Assembly: GCA_964202905.1 (NCBI GenBank)
Contig: CAXNJO010000001.1
Coordinates: forward strand, 928,001-992,000
DNA from: Polyangiales bacterium
GTDB lineage: Bacteria > Myxococcota_A > Polyangia > Polyangiales > JADJQN01
Direction of reading: 5' to 3'
DNA length: 64,000 bases
The position numbers were made by a program, and so were the translations under genes. The notes beneath the pieces are model-generated. The model ran no database searches, had not been told where the DNA came from, and saw nothing but the letters and a program-made list of their open reading frames with translations. Below, in pieces: positions 37,314 to 46,516 of this stretch (the first letter of the stretch is position 1; each line of letters starts with the position of its first letter).

Positions 37314-37987
37314 TGGAGCCGCCCCTCGCGGCGGCGCTTCTCGGCCTCACGGGCGGCGTCGGCGATGGCCTCCTTGATGAGCCGGTCGGCCTCGGCGTCG
37401 TCGATGACCGGTGACTCGCGTCGCTTCGCTGCGCGAGGCGCGATCGGCGCCGGCACGCGGAGCGCGGCGGGCGTCGTGCGCCGGCCCCGGCCCGCCTTGC
37501 GCGCGCGGCGGCGCAGCATGCCGAGGAGCGGCCACGCTTCGGCACCGTCGAGTGGGGGGATCGGCAGCAGGTTCAGCCCGATCAGGAGCAGATTCGTCCA
37601 GACGAACGTGTCGAGCAGCTGCGCCGCGAACACCGACCGCACCGGGGGCAACACGGCTTGCGCGACGAGCGTGAGGGCGAGCACCGCTGCCTGCGCCGCG
37701 ACGCCGCCCCACGCGATGGTCGCGCGCCATCGCGGGGATGGCACGCCGTACCAGCGGCAGACGCCCCCGAGCCCGTGCACGTCCACCGAGACGACTTGCA
37801 TCCGGGCCGCGCGCACGAGCAGCGCGTGCCCCAGCTCGTGCAGCAGCAAGAGTAGAAAGAAGCCCAGCCACGCACCCGGCAGGAACGCGAAGCGCGTGAA
37901 GAACAAGGCCCCGATGGGGGTGGACCAGTGCACGCGCACCGGCGCACCCCGGAAGCGGGCGAGGGTCAGATAGCCGCGCGCGAACAC
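37310..37987 (-). CDS. site-2 protease (M50) family membrane metalloprotease
   Basis: PVRVHWS, HELGH within a TM helix, IAWGG and [13 protein letters not shown] start 37987. Confidence 0.82.
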   Translation of the reverse strand: MFARGYLTLARFRGAPVRVHWSTPIGALFFTRFAFLPGAWLGFFLLLLLHELGHALLVRAARMQVVSVDVHGLGGVCRWYGVPSPRWRATIAWGGVAAQAAVLALTLVAQAVLPPVRSVFAAQLLDTFVWTNLLLIGLNLLPIPPLDGAEAWPLLGMLRRRARKAGRGRRTTPAALRVPAPIAPRAAKRRESPVIDDAEADRLIKEAIADAAREAEKRRREGRLH

Positions 37988-38192
37988 GGCGGGCAGTATG
38001 CACCCCGGATCCCGCATGCGCCCCCGCGCGCAGCGTCGGACACGTGTCCGCGTGTCACGCGAGCGACCGGATCGGCCGCGCCTGGTCGCGGAGACCCCCT
38101 TGCCGAGCGGTTCTTCGGCTGTATGCTGCCGGCCGATTGGACCCGCGCCGCGCCCCAGCGCGCCGCGCCACTGCCTGTCACCCCATCGCCTG

Positions 38193-38681
38193 ATGCCCCG
38201 CGCCGCCCTCGCTGCCTTCACGTTCCTCGCCCTCGGCCTGGCGCTCCCGCGCCTCGCGGCCGCAGACGACGCGATGTGCGGGGTGCGCCCGGCGGTGTCG
38301 CTGGGTGAGGGCGCGCGCGAGGCCTGGCTCGAGGGCACCCAGCCCGAGGGCAGCCGGCTGAATGGCATGGTACGCGATGGGCTGCTGACGCCCGCCGTCC
38401 CTGTCTTCGGGGCCATGTCGAGCGCACCGGTCGCGGCGCCCGATGCGGCGCCCGACGCGCCCGAGATCCTCTGGTGCGCGTCCGCGGACGACCCGCGTTG
38501 CGCGCCCTGCGACTCCGACGCGGGCGGCTCGCCGCGCCTCGGGGACGGCGGCTGGCAGTGGCTCGTGCCGGCGCGCGCGCCGCGCGTGGCCGAGTCGCCC
38601 TCGTCGTCGCTGCGGAGCGGGGACCCGGCGGGCAGGCCGCACCCCGGCGTGTCGCGGGCGATCGACCGCCCGCCCCGCTGA
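38193..38681 (+). CDS. secreted Cys-containing protein ending in RPPR; candidate regulatory leader/arrest peptide
   Basis: Signal-like N-terminus; WCASADDPRCAPC; C-terminus GVSRAIDRPPR*; co-oriented 213 nt upstream of the DsbA gene. Start uncertain. Confidence 0.55.
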   Translation: MPRAALAAFTFLALGLALPRLAAADDAMCGVRPAVSLGEGAREAWLEGTQPEGSRLNGMVRDGLLTPAVPVFGAMSSAPVAAPDAAPDAPEILWCASADDPRCAPCDSDAGGSPRLGDGGWQWLVPARAPRVAESPSSSLRSGDPAGRPHPGVSRAIDRPPR

Positions 38682-38894
38682 GCCCGCGCGGACGCCCGAC
38701 CACGCGCGCACGACCCCGTCCGTCCCGCTCGGGGGGCTCGGGACACGCTGTGCGCCCTGGCGCCTGCAGCACGCGACCCAACACCTCCGCGCGTGGCCAC
38801 CGGGCCGCGCGCCGTCCGAACACCACGATCTTGCTCGTTTTCTGGTTTCTGCAGCGTCGACCGCGCGTGCGGCGGCGTGTCTCAAGGAGTGATC

Positions 38895-40952
38895 ATGTCC
38901 AAAGGTTCAGCCATCACGGCCATCCTGATCGCCTTCCTCGGCGGTCTGGCGATCGGCAATCTCGTATCGAGTGGGAAGGGCGGCGACGAAGACACCGCCA
39001 TCGCGGCCGAGGGCGCGGACGGCGCGGGCGAAGGCGAAGCGGCCGGCGCCGGTGGTCCGGCGGAAGAGGGCGGCCCCGAGCGCTACCGCGTGCCGGTCAC
39101 GGCCGACCAGCCCAGCAAGGGCCCGGCGGACGCGCTCGTCACGATCGTGGAGTTCAGCGACTTCGAGTGCCCCTTCTGCTCGCGCGTCGGCCCGACGATG
39201 CAGCAGATCATGAACGACTACCGCGGCAAGGTGCGCGTCGTCTGGCGCAACAACCCGCTCCCCTTCCACCAGAGCGCGACCCCGGCCGCGATGGCCGCCG
39301 TCGAGGCGTTCACGCAGGGCGGCAGCGAGAAGTTCTGGCGCATGCACGACCTCATGTTCGCCAACCAGCGCGCGCTCTCGCGCACGGACCTCGAGGGCTA
39401 CGCGCAGCAGGCGGGCCTCGACATGGCGAAGTTCCGCGCGGCCCTCGACGGCAACACGCACCGCGCGAAGATCGACGCGGACATGGCCGTCGCGCGCCAG
39501 ATCGGCGCGAACGGCACGCCCGGCTTCTTCATCAACGGCCGCCAGCTCATGGGCGCGCAGCCCTTCGACGCGTTCAAGACGGTGATCGAGGACGAGATCC
39601 GTCGTGCCGAGGCGCTCGTCGCCACCGGCGTCGCCCGCAACCGCGTCTACGCCCAGCTCACCCGCAACGGTCGCACCTCGCCCGCGCCGGAGCCCGCGGC
39701 CCCGGGCGCCGACGCGCCGCAGCCCCCGCGCCGCAGCCCCGATCCGGCGGCCGTGTACCGCGTGCCCGTCGGCGCCTCGCCGACGAAGGGCCCCGCGGAC
39801 GCGCTCGTCACCGTCGTCATCGTCTCGGAGTTCCAGTGCCCGTTCTGCAAGCGCGTCGAGCCGACGCTCAACGAGCTCGCGACGGCGTACGGGCGTGACA
39901 TCCGCTTCGTCTGGAAGAACAACCCGCTGCCCTTCCACAACAACGCGCAGAACGCGGCGAACGTCGCGATGTTCGCGAACGCGCAGGGCAAGTTCTGGCA
40001 GATGCACGACGTGCTCTTCGAGAACCAGCAGGCGCTCGAGATCGACAAGCTCGTCGCCTACGCCGAGCAGATCGGCCTGAACGGCGCGCAGGCGCGCGCT
40101 GCGATGACGAACAACCAGTTCCAGGCCGCCATCCAGGCGGACATGGACCTCGCGCGCTCGCTCGGCGCGTCGGGCACGCCCTCCTTCTTCATCAACGGCC
40201 GCAACCTCCGCGGCGCCCAGCCGATCGACGCCTTCAAGGCGCTCATCGACGAGGAGCTCGCGAAGGCGCGCGCGAAGGTCGCCGCCGGCACGCCGCGCGG
40301 CGGCGTGTACGAGGCGAGCATTCAGAACGGCGCCACCGAGGCGCAGTTCATCAACGCCCCGGGCGGAGCGCCGCAGCCCGCGGCGGCGGCTCCCGATGCG
40401 GATCGCGTTTACAACATCGCGGTCCCCGCCGGCTCCCCGAAGAAGGGCGGCCGCAGCGCCCGCGTCGTCATCCAGCAGTTCTCCGACTACCAGTGCCCCT
40501 TCTGCTCGCGCGTCGAGCCGACGGTCGACCAGATCCTGCGCGAGTACGGGGACCGCGTTCAGTTCGTCTGGCGCGACTTCCCGCTGCCCTTCCACAACAA
40601 CGCGATGCCGGCCGCCGAGGCCGCGCGCGAGGCGCTCGCGCAGGGCGGCGAGGCCAAGTTCTGGGCGTTCCACAAGAAGGTCTTCGAGAACCAGCGCACC
40701 CTCGAGCGCGCGGACCTCGAGCGCTTCGCGACGGAGGTCGGCGGGATCAACATGGCGCGCTTCCGCGCCGCCCTCGACAACCACACCCACAAGGCGGCCA
40801 TCGAGGCCGACATGGCGGCGGTGACGGCCGCGGGCGCGCAGATCGGCACGCCCTCGTTCTTCATCAACGGTCGCCTGCTGCAGGGCGCGCAGCCCTTCGA
40901 CGCCTTCAAGACGGCGATCGACCGCGCGCTCGCCGAGCCGGCGCGCCGCTGA
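38895..40952 (+). CDS. membrane-anchored protein with three DsbA/thioredoxin domains
   Basis: RBS AAGGAG; N-terminal TM helix; three repeats, each with CPFC, PLPFH, GTP.FFING and GAQP. Confidence 0.93.
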   Translation: MSKGSAITAILIAFLGGLAIGNLVSSGKGGDEDTAIAAEGADGAGEGEAAGAGGPAEEGGPERYRVPVTADQPSKGPADALVTIVEFSDFECPFCSRVGPTMQQIMNDYRGKVRVVWRNNPLPFHQSATPAAMAAVEAFTQGGSEKFWRMHDLMFANQRALSRTDLEGYAQQAGLDMAKFRAALDGNTHRAKIDADMAVARQIGANGTPGFFINGRQLMGAQPFDAFKTVIEDEIRRAEALVATGVARNRVYAQLTRNGRTSPAPEPAAPGADAPQPPRRSPDPAAVYRVPVGASPTKGPADALVTVVIVSEFQCPFCKRVEPTLNELATAYGRDIRFVWKNNPLPFHNNAQNAANVAMFANAQGKFWQMHDVLFENQQALEIDKLVAYAEQIGLNGAQARAAMTNNQFQAAIQADMDLARSLGASGTPSFFINGRNLRGAQPIDAFKALIDEELAKARAKVAAGTPRGGVYEASIQNGATEAQFINAPGGAPQPAAAAPDADRVYNIAVPAGSPKKGGRSARVVIQQFSDYQCPFCSRVEPTVDQILREYGDRVQFVWRDFPLPFHNNAMPAAEAAREALAQGGEAKFWAFHKKVFENQRTLERADLERFATEVGGINMARFRAALDNHTHKAAIEADMAAVTAAGAQIGTPSFFINGRLLQGAQPFDAFKTAIDRALAEPARR

Positions 40953-40980
40953 GCGACGCTTGAAGACCGGGCCACCCGGC

Positions 40981-41034
40981 CCAACGACGCGAGAGGCCGT
41001 GTCCCCATTTGGGGGCACGGCCTCTCGTCGTTGG
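40981..41034 (+). terminator. strong hairpin, probable terminator after the DsbA gene
   Basis: CCAACGA(CG)CGAGAGGCCGTGTCCCC-ATTT-GGGGGCACGGCCTCTCGTCGTTGG; a long stem with one bulge and one G-U pair, and no clear U-tract. Confidence 0.65.
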
Positions 41035-41123
41035 TGCGCCTGCGGTCCGTGAGGGCGGCGTTGCGCCGGTGTTTTCGGGGGCCTCACCATGTAGGCAGAG
41101 GTGGTCAGCTCAGGTGAGCAGGG

Positions 41124-41153
41124 TTGACACCTCGGCCCGCGCTGACCTAGGCT
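41124..41153 (+). promoter_or_regulatory. putative sigma70 promoter
   Basis: TTGACA-18 bp-TAGGCT upstream of the 41259 gene. Confidence 0.55.
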
Positions 41154-41258
41154 CGCGCCCGTCGACGTGTCTCGGGCGCGGCGCCGCCCCCGTGAGCGGG
41201 ACGAATCGCAGAAGAAGACCGGGCCCGGCCCGCGCGGGTACCCGTCCGAGGATTCCTT

Positions 41259-42155
41259 ATGGCGAAGATCAAGGTGGCAGCGGAGCAGCCGCCGACGGTC
41301 GAAGAGCTCCATTTCCGTAGCGAGAGCGCTTTCCTTTGTCTGCTGCTGAACCGGCGGACCAAGGTCATTCGGGTCATCGATTTCCGGGCCGGCGCGCTGC
41401 CGGCCAAGCGGCTGTTCATCCAGTCGATCGCGCAGCGCGAGGGCGTCGAAAAGGTCATCACCCTCGTCGAGAAGGACGAGGTCGCCTCGTGGACGCGCGT
41501 GGGCTTCGTGCGCGAGGGGACGATCCCCGGCTTCTACAAGCGCTCGGACGGGCACCTGTGCGGCTGCGTGATCGGTGACCGCACGGCGTCCATCGAGGTG
41601 AGCGACGAAGCGCAGAAGAGCGCCGAGCGCACGATCGTCGCCGCGAAGAAGAACGCGAAGGATCTCGACGAGGAGATCCGCGGGATCACGGTCCGCTCGG
41701 TCGAGGCGTCCGTGGCCTTCGCGGCGCGGGACGAGGCCTGGGCGAAGGGCGAGGCGCTCGGCGGCTTCGATCCGTTCGGGCGCGGGGTGACGCGCCTCTT
41801 CCTCGAGTGCGCGCCCAAGAAGGGCCGCTCCAACTTCCTCTCGGCCGAGTTCCAGGACTGCTTCGGGCACGCGCTCGTCGAAGTGCTCCGCTCGCCGCGC
41901 GACGAGGCTGAGCGTCTCGCGACGGCCGCGGCGCTGCGTTCGTTCGCGGAGGAGCTGAAGCGCCGGCAGATCGTGTCGGCCTTCGGCTTCGGGCCGGCGG
42001 ACGACCAGGAGCTCGCGACGGCGTGGCTCGCGGCGGGCTTCCGCAAGACGGGCCTGCTCGCGCGCGGCATCCAGGTGGGAAGCGGTCGCCGTGACGCGAT
42101 CCTCTGGACGCGCAAGCTGCTGAACCCGGCCGGCGAGCCGGGCATGGACGAGTAA
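41259..42155 (+). CDS. tandem GNAT-fold protein, resembling beta-lysine N-acetyltransferase (AblB/YodP-like)
   Basis: IRVIDF...EKVITLV...GFVREGTIPGFY and a second GNAT-like end, AGFRKTGLL. Recognised by pattern only. Confidence 0.5.
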   Translation: MAKIKVAAEQPPTVEELHFRSESAFLCLLLNRRTKVIRVIDFRAGALPAKRLFIQSIAQREGVEKVITLVEKDEVASWTRVGFVREGTIPGFYKRSDGHLCGCVIGDRTASIEVSDEAQKSAERTIVAAKKNAKDLDEEIRGITVRSVEASVAFAARDEAWAKGEALGGFDPFGRGVTRLFLECAPKKGRSNFLSAEFQDCFGHALVEVLRSPRDEAERLATAAALRSFAEELKRRQIVSAFGFGPADDQELATAWLAAGFRKTGLLARGIQVGSGRRDAILWTRKLLNPAGEPGMDE

Positions 42156-42258
42156 GGGCGCCCGGTTCGCGCTGCAGCGCCGCGGCGCCTGCGCACGGAG
42201 CACGCCGGCGCGGCGCCCCTTGCGTGGGCGGCGGCGCGGCCGCTACGCTCGCCAACCC

Positions 42259-42669
42259 ATGCGCACCCGCGAAGACATCGAGGCGTATCTGCTCCGCTCG
42301 GGCCAGGCCTTCGAGGAGGTCGCGCCCGAGACCTGGATCGTGCAGGACACCGGCGGCCGCGCCGGCCCGATCGTCGTGCGGCTCGAGGGGGAGATCGTGC
42401 TCTTCCGGCTGAAGGTGCTCGAGCTCGCCGGGCAGGTGGAGCGCGCGGGCCTCTTCGAGCGTCTGCTCACGCTGAACGCGACGGACATGGTGCACGGCGC
42501 CTACGGGATCGCGGACGGCGCGGTGGTGCTGACGTGCTCGCTCCGCGCCGAGAACCTCGACTTCAGCGAGTTCGTCGGGACGCTCGACGACTTCACCCTC
42601 GCGCTCGCGAACCACTACGAATCTCTCAGTGCGCTCTGCCGCGCGCCGGCGGCCGGCGCGGGCGCCTGA
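42259..42669 (+). CDS. CesT/YbjN-like chaperone-fold protein
   Basis: 136 aa and acidic; LFERLLTLNATDMVHGAYGI...LRAENLDFSEF is typical of the T3SS-chaperone-like fold. Confidence 0.7.
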   Translation: MRTREDIEAYLLRSGQAFEEVAPETWIVQDTGGRAGPIVVRLEGEIVLFRLKVLELAGQVERAGLFERLLTLNATDMVHGAYGIADGAVVLTCSLRAENLDFSEFVGTLDDFTLALANHYESLSALCRAPAAGAGA

Positions 42670-42700
42670 GCACCGAAGGACCAAGGAGAACGGGACGAAC

Positions 42701-43498
42701 ATGGGCTTCTTCGGGCGACTCGCGCAGCTGATCAAGAGCAACCTGAACGACCTCATCAACCGGGCCGAGGACCCGGAGAAGATGCTCGTTCAGGTCATCG
42801 TCGAGATGAACACGCAGCTCGTCGAGGCGAAGAAGCAGGTCGCCGTCGCGATCGCAGACGAGAAGCGATTGCAGAAGCAATACGAGAGCGAAAAGGCCCT
42901 CGCCGACGAGTGGGAGAAGAAGGCGATGCTCGCGGTGCGCGCCGGTGACGACGCGCTCGCGAAGGAGGCGCTGCTCCGCAAGAAGGAGCACGCCGGTCTC
43001 GCCGCGACCTTCAAGGATCAGTGGGAGAAGCAGCTCGCGGCGGTCAACCAGCTGAAGACTGCGCTCCGCGCCCTCAATGCGAAGATCGAAGAGGCCAAGC
43101 GCAAGAAGAACGTGCTCATCGCGCGCAAGCGCCGCGCCGAGGCGATGAAGCAAATCCACGAGACCATGAGCGGTCTCCACGATCAGAGCGCCTTCGAGAC
43201 GTTCGATCGGATGGCGCAGAAGATCGACCAGATCGAGGCCGAGGCCGAGGCGGGCGCGGAGCTGAGCGAGGAGTACTCGGGCGACCTGCTCAAGTCGAAG
43301 TTCAGCCAGCTCGAGGCGACCAGCGGCGCGGATCTCGACCTCGAGGCGCTCAAGCGGAAGATGGGCGTGCTGCCGCCTGCGGAGTCCGCGGTGCCCACGC
43401 GGGTCGAGGCGGTCGAGGAGGCCGAGCCGAGCGCGGAGGAGCTCGCGGAGCTCGACGCCGCGCTCGAGGCGCTCAAGCAGCGCGAGGCGCGCGGGTAG
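42701..43498 (+). CDS. pspA: PspA/IM30 family protein
   Basis: MGFFGRLAQLIKSNLNDLINRAEDPEKML, AVRAGDDALAKEAL and FDRMAQKI..EAEAEA; RBS AAGGAG. Confidence 0.93.
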   Translation: MGFFGRLAQLIKSNLNDLINRAEDPEKMLVQVIVEMNTQLVEAKKQVAVAIADEKRLQKQYESEKALADEWEKKAMLAVRAGDDALAKEALLRKKEHAGLAATFKDQWEKQLAAVNQLKTALRALNAKIEEAKRKKNVLIARKRRAEAMKQIHETMSGLHDQSAFETFDRMAQKIDQIEAEAEAGAELSEEYSGDLLKSKFSQLEATSGADLDLEALKRKMGVLPPAESAVPTRVEAVEEAEPSAEELAELDAALEALKQREARG

Positions 43499-43577
43499 GG
43501 TCGCGCCCAGCGTGGCGTGCCGGTAGGGCCGCGGCCAGCGAGGCGCGCGGGCAGGGCGGGGGGGCGCGCCGCGTTCC

Positions 43578-43606
43578 TTGACCGGCGGGATCCGCATGCC
43601 CAAGAT
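43578..43606 (+). promoter_or_regulatory. putative sigma70 promoter of the FmdB gene
   Basis: TTGACC-17 bp-CAAGAT. Confidence 0.4.
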
Positions 43607-43633
43607 CCGCGCGCTTCTGGAGGAGCCGACCCG

Positions 43634-43936
43634 ATGCCGACCTACGAGTACGTGTGCGAGGCGTGTCACCACGCGTGGGAGTTCGAGCAGCGGATGATCG
43701 AGGACCCCGTCAAGAAGTGCCCGAAGTGCAAGAAGCTGAAGGCGCAACGGGTCATCGCGGGGGCGAGCAACTTCATCCTCAAGGGAGGCGGCTGGTACTC
43801 GGACCTCTACAGCTCGACGCCGAAGAGCAAGACGTCGGGTGACTCGGGCAGCGCGAGCAGCACCAGCACCGCGTCGGAGTCGAAACCCGCGTCGAGCGCC
43901 GCGCCCGCGAAGAAGTCGGGCGACGCGTCCGACTAG
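43634..43936 (+). CDS. FmdB-family zinc-ribbon protein
   Basis: MPTYEYVCEACHH...CPKC...FILKGGGWY.D followed by a Ser-rich tail. Confidence 0.92.
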   Translation: MPTYEYVCEACHHAWEFEQRMIEDPVKKCPKCKKLKAQRVIAGASNFILKGGGWYSDLYSSTPKSKTSGDSGSASSTSTASESKPASSAAPAKKSGDASD

Positions 43937-44028
43937 CCGCGACGGGGCGCGTGACGCGCGCGCAGACGGGCTCGAGGGGCCCGCAGCGAACGGCATCACG
44001 CGCCAACCCGCGGGGGGCCGTCGGGCGC

Positions 44029-46419
44029 TCAGGCGGGCTGCAGGAAGCTCGCGACGATCTGCTTCACGCCCCAGCCCGGGAAGGCGACGGTGACCTTCGC
44101 GGGTTGGCCGCCGCTCAGCGCCTGCACCTTGCCTGCCCCGTATTTGGCGTGGGTGACGGCCATGCCGATGTGGAAGGTGCCGCCCTCGTCGGCGTGCACG
44201 TCGCCCTCGCTCACGTCGACGTAGCTGCCGCCACGCGCGGCGGTGTTCGGTGGGGTCGCGCGTCCTGCGCCGGCTGAGGTGGCGCGGGCACCCTCGCCGC
44301 CGAAGCTCCCGCGCGCGCGCGCGCCCTGGCCGGAGCGGCCGAACGCGGGCGACTCGCGCCCGGCCTGCGGGTGCGCCCAGGGACGGTCGTCGTCCGCGGG
44401 TGCGCTGCCCCACGCGGAGCCGCCGTACGAGGCGTTGCCGTACGAGCTGCCGCCGTACGCGCTGCCACCCGCGTACGAGGGGCCGCGCGGGGTCGCGGTC
44501 GCGATCTCGCGGATGTCGTCCCGCGGGAGCTCGTCGAGGAAGCGCGAGCGCGGGTTCATGCGCGGTTGCCCGAACACACGGCGCATCGGCGCCCAGCCGA
44601 GGATGAGCTTCTCCCGCGCGCGCGTGAAGGCGACGTAGGCGAGGCGGCGCTCTTCCTCGAGCTCTTCGGGGTCGTCCTCGGCGTCGAGGCCGCGGTACGG
44701 GAACATCTGCTCTTCGAGCCCGGCGACGAGCACGACGGGGAACTCGAGTCCCTTCGCGGCGTGCACGGTCATGAGCGTGAGTTTGTCGCCGGGGCCCGTC
44801 TCGTCGGCGGAGGTCTGCAGCGTCACGAGCTCGAGGAAGGCCGTGAGCGTCGGGGTCTCGGCCTCCTGCTCGAACTCCTCCATCGAGCCGAGGAGCTCGC
44901 GGAGGTTCTCGAGGCGCGCGTCGGCCTCGGGCGTGTCGTCCTCCTTCAGCGCCTTTTCGTACTGCGTCTCCGTGAGCACGGCGCGCGCGAGCCCCGCGGG
45001 TCCCTCGCCTGTCCCGGCGCGCTGACGCAGCCCCTCGACGAGCGCGAGGAAGGCGCCGAGCCGCTTCGAGGTCGCGCCGAGCGCGTTGGCGCGGACGGCC
45101 TCGTGCATCGCGGACCAGATGCTCTCGCCGTGTCGTGCCGCGATCTCCATCACCTTGTCGAGGCTCGTCTTGCCGATGCCACGGGCGGGCACGTTCACGA
45201 TGCGCAACAGGCTCACGTCGTCGTCGACGTTCGAGACCACGCGCAGGTACGCGAGGAGGTCCTTCACCTCGGCGCGGTCGTAGAAGCGTACGCCGCCGAT
45301 CACCTGATACGCGACGTTCGCGGCCCGGAGCGCCTCCTCGAACACGCGCGATTGCGCGTGGATCCGATAGAAAATGGCCATCTCCGTGAGAGATCGGCCG
45401 CTGCGGACGAGCTCCTTCGCGGTCTCGGCGGCGAGGCGCGCCTCGTCGCGCTCGTCCGCGCATTTGACGACGAGGACGGGGCCGCCCTCGTCGTTGTCCG
45501 TCCAGATCGTCTTCGGCTCGCGGTCGACGTTGCGCGAGACGACGGCGTGCGCGGCGCGGAGGATGCGCTTGGTCGAGCGGTAGTTCTGCTCGAGCTTGAC
45601 GAGGTGCGCGTCGGGGAAGCTCTTGCGGAAATCGAGGATGTTGCGGCGATCCGCGCCCCGCCAGCGGTAGATGGCCTGGTCGTCGTCGCCGACGACGGTG
45701 AGGTTGCGGTGCACCTCGGACACGAGCTGCACGAAGCGCAGTTGCACGTGGTTGGTGTCCTGGAACTCGTCGACGAGGACGTGCAGGAAGCGCGACGCGA
45801 GCTCGTCGTGGAGCGCCTTCGACTGCTCGGCGGCGACGACGACGCGGTAGAGCAGATCGCCGAAGTCGAGCGCCCCCGCGGCGCCCATCCGCGCCTCGTA
45901 GGTCGCGTAGATCTTCTGGACCGTCTCGGAATACGCGTCGTTCGAGGGGAGGGCGTCGGGCGCGACGACCTCCTGCTTCGCGCGGTTGATGATGCCCGCG
46001 ACCTTCTTCGGGTCGTAGCGCTTGTCGTCGAGCGAGAGGTCCGAGAGGACGCGGCCGATCATCGCGCGCTGATCGCCGTCGTCGTAGATGACGAAGTCGC
46101 GGCGCACGCCCGCGAGCTCGGCGTATTTGCGCAGGATGCGCGCGCAGATCGCGTGGAAGGTGCCGACCCAGACGTCGCTCCCGCCCGCGGGGACGAGGTG
46201 GGCGAGGCGCTCGCGCATCTCGCCGGCGGCCTTGTTCGTGAAGGTGACGGCGAGCACGCGCCACGGCGCGACGCCGCGCGCCTCGAGCAGGTGCGCGATG
46301 CGGTAGGTGATGACGCGCGTCTTGCCGGAGCCCGCGCCCGCGAACACGACGAGCGGCCCGTCGGCGTGCAGGACGGCTTCGCGCTGGGGCTCGTTGAGCG
46401 TATCGAGTCGGAGCGTCAC
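44029..46419 (-). CDS. pcrA: UvrD/PcrA superfamily I DNA helicase
   Basis: LNEPQ, AGAGSGKT, TFTNKAA, VDEFQDTN, VGDDDQAIY, LEQNYRS, TVHAAKGLEF and EERRLAYV; C-terminal Tudor-like HAKYG.G. Confidence 0.95.
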   Translation of the reverse strand: MTLRLDTLNEPQREAVLHADGPLVVFAGAGSGKTRVITYRIAHLLEARGVAPWRVLAVTFTNKAAGEMRERLAHLVPAGGSDVWVGTFHAICARILRKYAELAGVRRDFVIYDDGDQRAMIGRVLSDLSLDDKRYDPKKVAGIINRAKQEVVAPDALPSNDAYSETVQKIYATYEARMGAAGALDFGDLLYRVVVAAEQSKALHDELASRFLHVLVDEFQDTNHVQLRFVQLVSEVHRNLTVVGDDDQAIYRWRGADRRNILDFRKSFPDAHLVKLEQNYRSTKRILRAAHAVVSRNVDREPKTIWTDNDEGGPVLVVKCADERDEARLAAETAKELVRSGRSLTEMAIFYRIHAQSRVFEEALRAANVAYQVIGGVRFYDRAEVKDLLAYLRVVSNVDDDVSLLRIVNVPARGIGKTSLDKVMEIAARHGESIWSAMHEAVRANALGATSKRLGAFLALVEGLRQRAGTGEGPAGLARAVLTETQYEKALKEDDTPEADARLENLRELLGSMEEFEQEAETPTLTAFLELVTLQTSADETGPGDKLTLMTVHAAKGLEFPVVLVAGLEEQMFPYRGLDAEDDPEELEEERRLAYVAFTRAREKLILGWAPMRRVFGQPRMNPRSRFLDELPRDDIREIATATPRGPSYAGGSAYGGSSYGNASYGGSAWGSAPADDDRPWAHPQAGRESPAFGRSGQGARARGSFGGEGARATSAGAGRATPPNTAARGGSYVDVSEGDVHADEGGTFHIGMAVTHAKYGAGKVQALSGGQPAKVTVAFPGWGVKQIVASFLQPA

Positions 46420-46516
46420 GGCCCGCACCCTACCGTCGCGCGCGATCGCCGGCCAGCGTCGCGCGCGTGGGCAGTTGACCGCACCCGTGGATTCCTCTAC
46501 GCGTCGCCGGCGAACC

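Noticed and set aside
41040..41122. Structured ncRNA between the dsbA hairpin and the next promoter
   Set aside because: Only short GC-rich hairpins (GTGAGG/CCTCAC, GCTCA/TGAGC), with no recognisable RNA family motif.
42259..42669. Type III secretion system, suggested by the CesT-like gene
   Set aside because: No injectisome or effector genes are nearby, and this fold also occurs next to PspA homologs.
44410..44480. 15-bp quasi-repeats in pcrA (GGSAY/GGSSY/GNASY)
   Set aside because: An ordinary low-complexity linker before the C-terminal domain.
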